From: Candidatus Berkelbacteria bacterium
GTDB taxonomy: Bacteria; Patescibacteriota; UBA1384; 2-12-FULL-50-11
Direction of reading: 5' to 3'
Assembly: GCA_016213365.1 (NCBI GenBank)
Contig: JACRAP010000016.1
Location: 1 to 54,356, forward strand
Length of the DNA: 54,356 bases
Part shown: one piece after another, positions 40,393 to 49,617 of the stretch
Layout of the letters: every line of letters starts with the position of its first letter
How positions within the stretch are numbered: the stretch's first letter is position 1
Position numbers and translations under genes: made by a program
Notes under the pieces: generated by a model
The model's input: only the letters and a program-made list of their open reading frames with translations
The model's database searches: none
What the model was told of the DNA's origin: nothing

Positions 40393-41244
40393 ATGTTACG
40401 CATAATTTTATGGGGCTTGGCCCTGATTTTATTAACATTAAATATTTTAATTTTTTCTGGTGTAATGCCGCTAGACAATATTCAGGTAGTTGAAGAAAAA
40501 ACTAATACCAAGCTCGCCGAACCGTATAACCAAACCCCAGAGGCAACAGAAAGTAAAAACGCCCAATTTTTTGTACCGATTTTAATGTATCACTATATTA
40601 AAGACTACAATAACCCAAGCGATCCGCTGGGTGTACAGTTAAGTGTTTCGCCAGCAACGCTTGAAAAGCAATTTGAGTTAATAAAAATACTCGGTTACCA
40701 ACCGATAACGCTTCAAGATTTTGCCGCAAAAAAATATACTAATAATTCAATCATACTTACTTTCGACGACGGTTATATCGACCATTACACCAACGCCCTG
40801 CCGCTACTTCAGAAATACAATTACAGGGCTTCGTTTTTTATCGTTAGCTCGTTTGTGGGGCGATCTGGCTATATGAACGCTAATCAAATTCAAGAGCTGG
40901 TTGATGCGGGAATGGAAGTGGGTGGCCACTCGATTAGTCATAAAAACCTAGCTAGTTTGAGTTTTGAAGATGCAATTTATGACATTAGTACCAGTATCCG
41001 TAATCGGGAATTAGTTTTTGCTTATCCATCTGGAAAATACTCCGAGCAGACACTTGATATCGTTAGTTCGCTTGGTATCGTCGCTTCTGTTACTACAAAC
41101 CTGGGTGTTGCAACCGAAAAAAGCAACTTGCAAGAGTTACCGCGAATTCGAGTTAAGGAATACACAGACTTAACTAAGCGCATTAACGAAGAAATCGCTA
41201 TAGCCAAAAGCACACTCAAACCTTCCCAGAGAAGTAAAGATTAG
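40393..41244 (+). CDS. polysaccharide deacetylase (CE4, IcaB/PgaB-like)
   Basis: PILMYH, LTFDDG, GGHSISH, FAYPSG and LPRI motifs; N-terminal TM. Confidence 0.93.
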   Translation: MLRIILWGLALILLTLNILIFSGVMPLDNIQVVEEKTNTKLAEPYNQTPEATESKNAQFFVPILMYHYIKDYNNPSDPLGVQLSVSPATLEKQFELIKILGYQPITLQDFAAKKYTNNSIILTFDDGYIDHYTNALPLLQKYNYRASFFIVSSFVGRSGYMNANQIQELVDAGMEVGGHSISHKNLASLSFEDAIYDISTSIRNRELVFAYPSGKYSEQTLDIVSSLGIVASVTTNLGVATEKSNLQELPRIRVKEYTDLTKRINEEIAIAKSTLKPSQRSKD

Positions 41245-41261
41245 GTAGAATTACCCTAGTA

Positions 41262-41301
41262 GCGCTCGTAGCTTTTCGCCGGCTGGCGAAGGTAGAGCAC
41301 T
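41262..41301 (+). repeat. duplicated tRNA-Val 5' end with a hairpin inserted in the D-loop
   Basis: GCGCTCGTAGCT[TTTCGCCGGCTGGCGAA]GGTAGAGCACT versus tRNA GCGCTCGTAGCT[CAGC]GGTAGAGCACT. Confidence 0.9.
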
Positions 41302-41306
41302 ATCTT

Positions 41307-41378
41307 GCGCTCGTAGCTCAGCGGTAGAGCACTTCCTTGACGTGGAAGGGGTCTTCAGTTCGATCCTGAACGGGCGCA
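41307..41378 (+). tRNA. tRNA-Val(GAC)
   Basis: GCGCTCG...CGGGCGC-A; anticodon arm CTTCC-TT-GAC-GT-GGAAG; CCA not encoded. Confidence 0.96.
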
Positions 41379-41485
41379 CATGAAAGGAGAAATAAGGATC
41401 GAACAGTTCGATATCGAGCGAAGCATTGCTAAGCGAGATATCCCAGCAAAGATTTTGCTGGGATCCTGAACGGGCGCACATGAAA
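41362..41485 (+). repeat. palindromic cassette flanked by a 24-bp direct repeat of the tRNA-Val 3' end
   Basis: GATCCTGAACGGGCGCACATGAAA at 41362 and 41462; internal hairpins TCGAAC/GTTCGA and CCCAGCAAA/TTTGCTGGG. Confidence 0.92.
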
Positions 41486-42052
41486 AACACAACCATAATT
41501 ATCGGTGTAATTATATTAATAATCGGTGGGTTCTTATTGTTCCCTAAAAATAATAGCGAAGGAGAAAAAAGAAATATGTCAGATCCAACAACGTTCGAAA
41601 AAATATCGGCAACTTCAGCGGTAATAAAAACCGAAAAAGGCAACATTGCGATTGAACTTTACCCACAAGACGCACCAAAAACCGTAACCAATTTTGCAAC
41701 GCTCGCAAAAAACGGCTACTACAACACTTTAACTTTTCACCGTGTTGAGGCCGGATTTGTAATTCAGGGCGGCGACCCTAACGGCAACGGAACCGGTGGT
41801 GTATCTGTTTACGGCAACAAATTTGAAGACGAACTCGACCCAAAAACCGAATCCTATAAAAACGGTTACAAAGAAGGCGTAGTTGCGATGGCCAACGCCG
41901 GCCCAAATACTAACGGCAGTCAATTCTTTATAATGCTTGCCGACAATCCGCTTCAAAACGCTTATACGATTTTCGGAAAAGTAATTAGCGGAATAGATGT
42001 TGTAAAAAAGATTGAAGTTGGCGATAAGATATTAACGATCGAAGTTAAATAA
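41480..42052 (+). CDS. membrane-anchored cyclophilin-type peptidyl-prolyl isomerase
   Basis: APKTV.NF, FHRV..GFVIQGGDP and AMANAGPNTNGSQFFI motifs; N-terminal TM after the ATG at 41480. Confidence 0.96.
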   Translation: MKNTTIIIGVIILIIGGFLLFPKNNSEGEKRNMSDPTTFEKISATSAVIKTEKGNIAIELYPQDAPKTVTNFATLAKNGYYNTLTFHRVEAGFVIQGGDPNGNGTGGVSVYGNKFEDELDPKTESYKNGYKEGVVAMANAGPNTNGSQFFIMLADNPLQNAYTIFGKVISGIDVVKKIEVGDKILTIEVK

Positions 42053-42070
42053 TTACTACTAGAAACTACT

Positions 42071-42099
42071 AGAAAAGGAGCAAGTTTTGCTCCTTTTCT
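42071..42099. terminator. bidirectional intrinsic terminator
   Basis: AGAAAAGGAGCAA-GTT-TTGCTCCTTTTCT between convergent genes. Confidence 0.85.
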
Positions 42100-42125
42100 G
42101 CTATCACTATATATTTTGCGCGTAA

Positions 42126-42821
42126 TTACTTCTTTTTCACGGCAATTTTGGTAGTTTTTGGTTTTGCCGGCTCAACTTTTGGCGCAACGATTGTTAGCGT
42201 ACCGTTTTCGAGTTTGGCCTCAACTTTTTCTTCCACAATCGGCGAAGCAAAACGGATCGAACGGCTAAATTCGCTGTGTTGCCATTCTCTACGAACGGCG
42301 CTTTTGCCGTCTTTTCGCTCTTCGTGTTTCTTATTTCCAGACACGGTTAAAGTATCTTCGGTCATCTCGATCGTTAAATCTTCGTCGGAGTAACCTGGCA
42401 CTTGAAACTCGATTTCGTACTCTTTCTCATTCTCGTGAATATTCATCGCTCCAACGGTTGTACCAAGCGCTCGCGTCCAATCGCCGCGACCAAAGGTTCG
42501 CTCAACCATATCGTTCATCTCTTCCTGCATTCGATCGATCGCCTGAAACGGGCTCCATGGTGTTAGCTGCATGTTCTGCTCACCTCCTTTCTCGATATTA
42601 TTGTTTTCTAATCGTGTTATTTTAATCCCCTCCACTAATTGCTCGATTGGGCAGTTAAAAAATTCCATCAACGCCAATAATACCGGTGAACTTGGCAGAT
42701 ACTCGCCGCGTTCTAGCGAGATAATCGATTGGCGCGATAAATTCAGGGCTTGTGCCAACTCTTCTTGGCTTAAATCGCTGGCAGTCCGTAATTCGCGCAA
42801 CAGTAATCGAATTTTTGTCAT
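42126..42821 (-). CDS. XRE-family HTH fused to an Hsp20/alpha-crystallin domain
   Basis: N-terminal LSQEELAQALNLSRQSIISLERGEYLPS; C-terminal VPG, LTVSG, FSRSI, A.LENG.LTI.APK and I-x-V tail; single uninterrupted frame. Confidence 0.95.
   Translation of the reverse strand: MTKIRLLLRELRTASDLSQEELAQALNLSRQSIISLERGEYLPSSPVLLALMEFFNCPIEQLVEGIKITRLENNNIEKGGEQNMQLTPWSPFQAIDRMQEEMNDMVERTFGRGDWTRALGTTVGAMNIHENEKEYEIEFQVPGYSDEDLTIEMTEDTLTVSGNKKHEERKDGKSAVRREWQHSEFSRSIRFASPIVEEKVEAKLENGTLTIVAPKVEPAKPKTTKIAVKKK
42580..42590 (-). promoter_or_regulatory. internal Shine-Dalgarno for an Hsp20-only isoform (ATG at 42572)
   Basis: AAAGGAGGTGA, 7 nt upstream of an in-frame ATG (MQLTPWSPF) at the domain boundary. 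Confidence 0.8.
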
Positions 42822-42832
42822 TTTATTCTTTA

Positions 42833-42861
42833 AATGTAAAGCTAACTTTACATAATGTCAA
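42833..42861 (-). promoter_or_regulatory. promoter with overlapping palindromic operator
   Basis: TTGACA-N17-TACATT; perfect inverted repeat ATGTAAAG-CTAA-CTTTACAT at 42834-42853. Confidence 0.8.
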
Positions 42862-42934
42862 TATAGATCTGAAACACTCAACCGTAAAAACTTGTGCGGT
42901 AGACAGAAACAAATAATTACAGCATTCTATATAT

Positions 42935-44140
42935 ATGAAGAAACACTGGATCTGGATTATTATCGGCGTAGTTGTTGCCTTAATAATAACTTTAATAATC
43001 TTAAACCGAAAAAGTGACAGCGTTGAAACACCTAAGGGAACAAACACTACGCAATCACCTTCAACAACAATTTCTAGTGCAGTGCAAGCAGGAAAGCTGT
43101 TATCCAATAATAAATGCACCGGTGAAGGTGCTGGGGTATTAACTCAGCTGCCGATGAAACAAAGCGATTACGCTATGATTTTACCGTATGGGCTAATGGT
43201 AGGGGGACATGTAACGCCGATCGATCACCAGTATTTCTCGCCAACAGTTTTTAACTCACCGCGCGACACTTACCCAGTTTACGCAATGGCAGACTCGGTA
43301 ATTACCGATATTCAGCCCCGCACTAACGATCGTGGTACCGAATACCGTTTTGTTTTTACGATGAGTTGTACTTTTTTCTATTATTACGATTTAGTAACAA
43401 GTCTAGCTCCAGACATTAAAGCTGCTTACGAAAAAAAGAATTTAAACTATAAAGTTAAAGCCGGACAATTAGTTGGTAGAATTGGAGGGCAAACGCTAGA
43501 TTTTGCGGTTTGGGATACCACAAAGCCATTGAAAAATTTTATTAATCCAAGCAGTTACTCGGGCGAGGCGTGGAAAATTTACACCGCCGATCCGCTCGAT
43601 TATTATTCTTCGGAAGTCAAGAAAAATGCGCTTGCAAAATATATTCGAACTATCAAACCAGTTTCCGGCAGAATAGATTACGACATCGACGGCAAAATAA
43701 TCGGTAACTGGTTTATAAAAGATTCGGACGGTTACACCGGTACGGGAGAAAATCAAAACGAGTATTGGGGTGGACATTTAGCGATCGCTCCAGAATATAT
43801 TGATAATTCAGCTACGATAATTTCTTTTGGGAGTTGGAATTCGGGCGACGCTAAGCAATTTGCGGTAAAAAATCCTCTTGATCCAGCCAAAATCGGAGTT
43901 GCAGACGGAATTGTTCGCTACGAAATTTATGGTTATTACTTTGTAAAAAAAGACGGTTCGCGCTGGGATAATATGACGCATACCTTTGATCCGAAACTGA
44001 AAATTAGCAATCAGGAATTTGGTGGGTGTGTTTTATTGCAACTAATAGAGACTCGAAAATTGAAGGTTGAACAATTCCCCAAAAAAAAGTGTACAGAAAA
44101 GTTGGTATTTACAAGCGCTTCAAAGATATACACGAGATAA
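42935..44140 (+). CDS. membrane-anchored protein with a degenerate M23-peptidase-like domain
   Basis: N-terminal TM, Thr/Ser linker; GHVTPIDH, PVYAMAD.VI and VKAGQLVG.IG segments. Confidence 0.6.
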   Translation: MKKHWIWIIIGVVVALIITLIILNRKSDSVETPKGTNTTQSPSTTISSAVQAGKLLSNNKCTGEGAGVLTQLPMKQSDYAMILPYGLMVGGHVTPIDHQYFSPTVFNSPRDTYPVYAMADSVITDIQPRTNDRGTEYRFVFTMSCTFFYYYDLVTSLAPDIKAAYEKKNLNYKVKAGQLVGRIGGQTLDFAVWDTTKPLKNFINPSSYSGEAWKIYTADPLDYYSSEVKKNALAKYIRTIKPVSGRIDYDIDGKIIGNWFIKDSDGYTGTGENQNEYWGGHLAIAPEYIDNSATIISFGSWNSGDAKQFAVKNPLDPAKIGVADGIVRYEIYGYYFVKKDGSRWDNMTHTFDPKLKISNQEFGGCVLLQLIETRKLKVEQFPKKKCTEKLVFTSASKIYTR

Positions 44141-44195
44141 ATTTTAATTATTAGCAGTAATAACTATTTTTCTCTATTTGTGTTATATCGTAGTA

Positions 44196-44585
44196 ATGGC
44201 AAAGTTTGAGGGAAAGGAAAAGTTGGTTCGGGACAGGATTCCTGAGCTGATAAAAGCGCGTGGAGGTCGGTGTAAGTTTAGAATTGCAGACGAGAACGAA
44301 GCCGAAGGGCTACTACTACACAAGCTTAACGAAGAGCTTGTGGAATTGGCGGATGCGAAAACAGACGAGGATCGTAAGGCAGAGATGGGGGATGTGCTTG
44401 ATGTTGTGGATGAGCTTGCGTTAAGGGGGTTGGTGAATTCCAGCGAAATAGGCAAAGCGATACGGCTTGTTGCGCAAATATCGCTGCGATATGGAATAGA
44501 TACTGCAGAGATTGACAAGGTTAGGGCGAAAAAGACACAAACCAACGGCGGTTTTAAGAAGCTTGTCGTTCTAACAGCGTGGTAG
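44196..44585 (+). CDS. MazG-like nucleoside triphosphate pyrophosphohydrolase
   Basis: KLVRD.IP, KL.EE..E, E.GDVL and R.KK....GGF motifs; ATG at 44196 preferred. Confidence 0.85.
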   Translation: MAKFEGKEKLVRDRIPELIKARGGRCKFRIADENEAEGLLLHKLNEELVELADAKTDEDRKAEMGDVLDVVDELALRGLVNSSEIGKAIRLVAQISLRYGIDTAEIDKVRAKKTQTNGGFKKLVVLTAW

Positions 44586-44620
44586 AGCCCAAGTGAGGAT
44601 GAATAGTCGCTATTTCAGCC

Positions 44621-44646
44621 GCGGCCCGCAAGGGCCGCATTCTTTC
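44621..44646 (+). terminator. intrinsic terminator-like hairpin
   Basis: GCGGCCC-GCAA-GGGCCGC followed by ATTCTTTC. Confidence 0.65.
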
Positions 44647-44746
44647 ATTATCATCTTGGTAGGAATTAGTACCGATTTGGTATAGATTTACGCATTGCCA
44701 AAATTTATATATGTTAAATAAATAAGTTAATTAAACAGGAGGCATA

Positions 44747-44908
44747 ATGAGTATAGTAGAAGAGTCAGAATTTAAGGGTAACGCTATGATTGTGTTAAAA
44801 AACGACGAAGAAGATAAGTATCCGTTTCAGTTCGGCGTTAAAAAAGCTAAGCTAATTTTAGAAAATATAGAAGCGATTAAGTCTTTCGTAGATAAAAACG
44901 ACAAGTAA
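44747..44908 (+). CDS. 53-aa small protein missing from the ORF track
   Basis: AGGAGG SD then MSIVEESEFKGNAMIVLKNDEEDKYPFQFGVKKAKLILENIEAIKSFVDKNDK*. Confidence 0.85.
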   Translation: MSIVEESEFKGNAMIVLKNDEEDKYPFQFGVKKAKLILENIEAIKSFVDKNDK

Positions 44909-44984
44909 TTTACTCGAATCGCAGGGCTTCAACCGGATTTTTACGGGCGGCCCGCATTGCGATTTAAGCTCTAGCGTTACAACG

Positions 44985-46922
44985 CTATCTTACCTTAACT
45001 GTAACCGTAGCTGAAGTACCGACGTTGAGCGCTATATCATATGCTTTTGCTGATAACGAGTAGTTCGAGCCCGATAATTTTGCAACATTAAAATTAAACT
45101 GGTAAGGGCTTGTTGTTGAACTTGCTTGAATAACGCCGTTAACGTAAAACTCTACCCTTCCAACAGCAACATTATCAGTGGCAGAAACTAATACTTTTGC
45201 GTTACCTTTTAATGTTTCGCCCGATTTTGGTGAGATAATTGAGACTTGTGGTGCGATCGTGTCTGTATTGGTTTGGTTGGCTACGTTAACAGATATATTA
45301 CTACTTGTTCCGATATTGCCCGAAGTATCGTAAGCAACGGTTTTTAGGATGTGAAATCCGTTGGTGTATTTTGTAGTATCCCAATTCACCTGAAACGGCG
45401 AAAGCTGATCGATCGCAATGGAAGTATTATCAACGTAAAACACAACTCGAGCAATTGCCACGTTATCTGTTGAGTTTGCAACTATTTGAACACTTTCAGA
45501 AACAGTTGATCCGTTTGCTGGGGAAGTAATTGTAGTCGTAGGTGCAGTTGTATCGCTTAGTATATCGCTTGGGTTAAATAGTTTTATTATTGTAGGTTCG
45601 TCGCCAACTTTAATCGTATGAATATTAGCAGAGCTTAAAGAAAATTGGATACTCGGGCTGATCAACGGCCTGAACACCTCGGCGTTAAACGATTTTGTGA
45701 GATTTATTGTTACGTCTTGAGGGGTATAGCCATTTCTGGAATCGACTTCGTTCCAAAGCACTAAATAATAACTGCCGTCGCGTTTTTGCAGTAAGGTTTG
45801 GTGCAAAGTTGATGGCCCGGTAATGGTCATATCAAGCGGCGTTGTTGAGAAATAAGTTCCTGGGTCGGAAAGGATTTTGTTGATATTTGTAATTCCCGTA
45901 AAAGCCGGTTTATTTGTACCGTCGGTGTTCACAAGCCCCCAGTAATAGCTAAGTTGATTTGGAGTAAACTCCGGCCAAACGTTGAATTCGTATAAATAAG
46001 TACGCTTTACGCCGCGATTAAATGTCTCAAATAACCTTCTGGTTAGATATTTTCCGCCGACCTCGTCGGTTAAAATTCGTGCTTTTAAATACGGGTCGGT
46101 TACTATCGATAGGTCTTTTGTTGTCGCTACGCCAGTTTCGGTGATGATAACTGGTTTGCTTGGATAGGGTTTAGTGAATTCGGCGATATCCGAATCCAAA
46201 TTGCATAAATTTGACATATTGGGAGTAGTTACCGACTCCCAATAATCGTGGCAGTACCAGTGAATATTGGCGTAATCAACGTAGTTTTCGATCGGTCCGG
46301 CGCTGTTCAGCTTATCTGCAGAGCCGTAGGCAATAATTGTTGGCGACAAAACACTTATACTTGTCGTTTGAGTATCGCCTTTCATTTTTAAGTAAAAATC
46401 TCGGGTGTACTCGTAAAGCCAAGTCGTCCAAGAGTCAGGCGGTTGGTTCCCGCCCCAAACGAGTTTAGGGTGATTGTATTCGTTCGGTCCCTCAACCGAA
46501 GTAATATTTATGCCCCGATTTAAATGATCTTTAATTTGCGAGTGCGTAGTATTGATATCCGGAAGATGATTTTCAGAATTTGTTACTAAGTTCGGGGCAA
46601 GATTTAGTTTTATCCCTTGATTTGACATTTTTATCATCGCTAGCTTTAGATATTCGTACGGTGCGATGTGCTCCCGGACATGACGGATACCAGATTCCTT
46701 AAGTTTAGGTAAAAGTATCGTGTCGACACTATTAACATGGAAGCTATTATCCAAGTGAACATTTACGCCGATCGAGTCAACAAAACTATCCGCCATCCTT
46801 GGCTGGTATGTAATTATTTCTGTTGCGGCCTGAAATCGACTAAAGTAGTAAAGTATTGCCAGTAATATCCCAATTACCACCCCACCGGCTACTAAATTTC
46901 GTAAATTTTGTTTACTGTGCAT
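44985..46922 (-). CDS. membrane-anchored clan GH-A glycoside hydrolase with two C-terminal Ig-like domains
   Basis: IGVNVH, EGPNE (acid/base), NIHWY, ITETG (nucleophile); two DT.AP...DNVA..RV.FYV...AYD repeats. Confidence 0.85.
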   Translation of the reverse strand: MHSKQNLRNLVAGGVVIGILLAILYYFSRFQAATEIITYQPRMADSFVDSIGVNVHLDNSFHVNSVDTILLPKLKESGIRHVREHIAPYEYLKLAMIKMSNQGIKLNLAPNLVTNSENHLPDINTTHSQIKDHLNRGINITSVEGPNEYNHPKLVWGGNQPPDSWTTWLYEYTRDFYLKMKGDTQTTSISVLSPTIIAYGSADKLNSAGPIENYVDYANIHWYCHDYWESVTTPNMSNLCNLDSDIAEFTKPYPSKPVIITETGVATTKDLSIVTDPYLKARILTDEVGGKYLTRRLFETFNRGVKRTYLYEFNVWPEFTPNQLSYYWGLVNTDGTNKPAFTGITNINKILSDPGTYFSTTPLDMTITGPSTLHQTLLQKRDGSYYLVLWNEVDSRNGYTPQDVTINLTKSFNAEVFRPLISPSIQFSLSSANIHTIKVGDEPTIIKLFNPSDILSDTTAPTTTITSPANGSTVSESVQIVANSTDNVAIARVVFYVDNTSIAIDQLSPFQVNWDTTKYTNGFHILKTVAYDTSGNIGTSSNISVNVANQTNTDTIAPQVSIISPKSGETLKGNAKVLVSATDNVAVGRVEFYVNGVIQASSTTSPYQFNFNVAKLSGSNYSLSAKAYDIALNVGTSATVTVKVR

Positions 46923-46951
46923 TAATATAATACTAACACAGTTACTAACAA

Positions 46952-46980
46952 TTGACTTTTACTAAATTTTATGGTATAAA
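46952..46980 (+). promoter_or_regulatory. tmRNA promoter
   Basis: TTGACT-N17-TATAAA with TG extension. Confidence 0.7.
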
Positions 46981-46989
46981 TCGGTCATT

Positions 46990-47373
46990 GGGCCTGTTAT
47001 GGCTTCGACGGGAACGTTTACAACTAAATTGGCAAGCGGACGTATCTGCCTTAGAGTACACCAAATACGTGCAAACGCATTTGAAAATGCAAAAGCTCGC
47101 GTAGCAAACTTGTTTGCTGCTCCTGCATTTGCGCCAGCAGTAGCTTAACAGCTCACTGCCGTCTTGTTGCTTGACTCCTACTGGAGTAGCAAGGCGTCAT
47201 ATTAGTAGGATAGGAGTTCGGCCCAATTCGACCAAATTCCAAAATTAAGAATTTGCCTCGGTGTGTGTTTTGTTTGTTTTAAGCCCACCGAATAAGATTT
47301 AAACAACCTACGCTTGTAGAAGATTTAGTTCGTTCGTTTTCGGACAGCGGTTCGACTCCGCTCAGGTCCACCA
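46990..47373 (+). ncRNA. ssrA: tmRNA
   Basis: 5' GGGCCTG...TTCGAC; 3' GGACAGCGGTTCGACTCCGCTCAGGTCCACCA with G3.U70 pair; tag frame 47071-47148 ANAFENAKARVANLFAAPAFAPAVA*. Confidence 0.96.
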
Positions 47374-47376
47374 AAA

Positions 47377-49617
47377 TTATATCCTGCTTCTTTTAAGTAA
47401 TAACGAATTCAATACAACTGAAATAGAGCTGGCTGCCATTGCGGCAGAGGCGAATATTGGACTTAATAGAATTCCCCAAACTGGAAACAAAACTCCAGCG
47501 GCCACGGGAATCAATAACGTGTTATAGCCAAAAGCCCAAATCAAGTTCATTTTTATTGTCCGCATTGTTTGGCGGCTTAAACGGATAGCGGTGGCAAGAC
47601 TGCGCAAATCCTTGTTAATTAGGGTGATATCGGCGGCTTCGATAGCTACGTCGGTTCCCGATCCCATCGCAATGCCGTTATCAGCCGCGGCCAGCGCTGG
47701 CGCGTCGTTAATGCCGTCGCCGACCATGGCGACGTGCAAACCCCGCTGTTGAAGTTTGCGAATTTCGGCTTCTTTATCTTGTGGCAACACTTCCGCTAAC
47801 ACATCACCTGGTTCAATTCCCGCTTCTTTGGCAATAGCTTGGGCGACTCGCTGATTATCGCCCGTAATCATAAATACACGCAGACCCAAGGAACGTAGCT
47901 CTTTAACAGCATCTTTGGAAGTGGGACGGATCGTATCCGCCACCGCGACGATACCAGTTGCCGTATTATTAATACCCACAAGCATAGCCGTTTTACCTTC
48001 TGTTTCTAATCTTTCCATTTCCTTCTCCTGTTCATTGGAGAGTGCGATACCTGTTTGTATGAATAGTTTTCGGTTGCCAATTACAATTGTTTCTTGGCCT
48101 ACTTTTGCTCGAACACCGTGGCCGGAAATTGCCTCGAAATCAGTAGCTTTAAGTAGCTCAATCTTTTTGTCGTTAGTACCGTTAACTATTGCAGTTGCCA
48201 GCGAGTGTTCGGATAAACTTTCGACACCAGCGGTTTTGGCTAGAAGCTCTTTTTCAGTTCCGAGCCATGTTACCACATCAGTTAAAAGCGGTTCGCCGTT
48301 GGTTAGCGTTCCGGTCTTATCAAAAACAATCGCGTTAACTTTATAGGCGGTTTCGAGCGACTCGGCATTTTTTATTAAGATGCCCTTTTCAGCTCCCCGT
48401 CCAGTTCCAACCATAATTGCCGTTGGTGTTGCTAAACCCATCGCGCACGGACAAGCGATAATTAATACTGTCACCATAGTTAGGAGCGAATAGGTTAGTT
48501 GTGGGGCGGGGCCAAAAACGTACCAAACTACAAAGGTTGCGATCGCAATCATAATAACAATCGGTACAAAATACGACGAAATTAAATCTACTAACCGCTG
48601 AATAGGAGCTTTGGATCCTTGTGCTTCTTCAACAAGTTTAATAATTTGCGCCAACATCGTTTCTGAACCGACTTTTTCAGCTACGAATGTAAAACTACCG
48701 GTCTTGTTGATAGTTGCGCCGATCACAGTGTCGCCGACTTTTTTTGTGACAGGGATAGATTCACCGGTCACCATCGATTCATCAACGCTAGAAGTCCCTT
48801 CGATTAACTTGCCGTCGACAGGGATTTTCTCGCCAGGTCGAACTAGTATTTTATCGCCGTGAATAACCTGTTCTATCGGCAAATCTAACTCCTTGCCGCC
48901 ACGGATTACACGAGCAGTTTTTGCCTGCAGGTTCATCAGTTTTTTAATTGCCTGACTCGTGCGCTTTTTAGCCACTGCTTCCAGGTATCTTCCCAATAGA
49001 ATTAAGGTGATAACAATAACTGAAACATCAAAGTACGGCATAGTTTCGACGCCAAGCGCCCCCAAGGATCCCGGGAAGAAGGCAATAAACGCCGAATAGA
49101 GGTAGGCGACACTGGTTCCCAAGGCAATCAAGGTATCCATATTGGCGTTGCGATGAATCAGGGATTTCCAGGTGCTGGTGTAAAATTGCCAACCGGCCCA
49201 GAACTGAATCGGTGTGGCTAACAGTAGTTGAAAATAAAAGTTTTTAATAATCGCTGGCGCAAAATCAATTAATCCCGGGAGCGTTCCCCACATTACAATT
49301 AGCCCAACGATAGCCCCGGCAATGATTTTTGGTTTGAGGAGTTTTAATTCTCTTTCGCGCATCATTTCTTGGTGGTCGTGGTGCATGTCAGCGGCTTTAA
49401 CGGCTTTATAACCAGTCCGATTGACCGCTTCTTCTAAATCGGCTCTTTTAGAGATGTTTTGATCATAGGTAACAACTGCCTTACCAGTCGCTAAATTGAC
49501 GTTCGCTTCTTGGACACCCGGTACTTTATTAAGAGAGCGCTCGATCATGTGAACACAACTGGCGCAGTGCATACCGTCGATATCTATCACTTCCTTTTTA
49601 GTTTCAATTTGACGCAT
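47377..49617 (-). CDS. copA: Cu(I)-translocating P1B-type ATPase
   Basis: MHCASC metal-binding domain; [22 protein letters not shown] and MAASS motifs. Confidence 0.96.
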   Translation of the reverse strand: MRQIETKKEVIDIDGMHCASCVHMIERSLNKVPGVQEANVNLATGKAVVTYDQNISKRADLEEAVNRTGYKAVKAADMHHDHQEMMRERELKLLKPKIIAGAIVGLIVMWGTLPGLIDFAPAIIKNFYFQLLLATPIQFWAGWQFYTSTWKSLIHRNANMDTLIALGTSVAYLYSAFIAFFPGSLGALGVETMPYFDVSVIVITLILLGRYLEAVAKKRTSQAIKKLMNLQAKTARVIRGGKELDLPIEQVIHGDKILVRPGEKIPVDGKLIEGTSSVDESMVTGESIPVTKKVGDTVIGATINKTGSFTFVAEKVGSETMLAQIIKLVEEAQGSKAPIQRLVDLISSYFVPIVIMIAIATFVVWYVFGPAPQLTYSLLTMVTVLIIACPCAMGLATPTAIMVGTGRGAEKGILIKNAESLETAYKVNAIVFDKTGTLTNGEPLLTDVVTWLGTEKELLAKTAGVESLSEHSLATAIVNGTNDKKIELLKATDFEAISGHGVRAKVGQETIVIGNRKLFIQTGIALSNEQEKEMERLETEGKTAMLVGINNTATGIVAVADTIRPTSKDAVKELRSLGLRVFMITGDNQRVAQAIAKEAGIEPGDVLAEVLPQDKEAEIRKLQQRGLHVAMVGDGINDAPALAAADNGIAMGSGTDVAIEAADITLINKDLRSLATAIRLSRQTMRTIKMNLIWAFGYNTLLIPVAAGVLFPVWGILLSPIFASAAMAASSISVVLNSLLLKRSRI

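Noticed and set aside
41251-41646. 131-aa minus-strand ORF and the TTG extension of the cyclophilin to 41426
   Set aside because: They overlap tRNA-Val and the repeat cassette; the ATG at 41480 gives a proper N-terminal anchor
44915-44986. Structured ncRNA between convergent genes
   Set aside because: The short stems (AATCGCA/TGCGATT, TAGCGT/ACGCTA) are adequately explained as terminator elements; no recognisable RNA family
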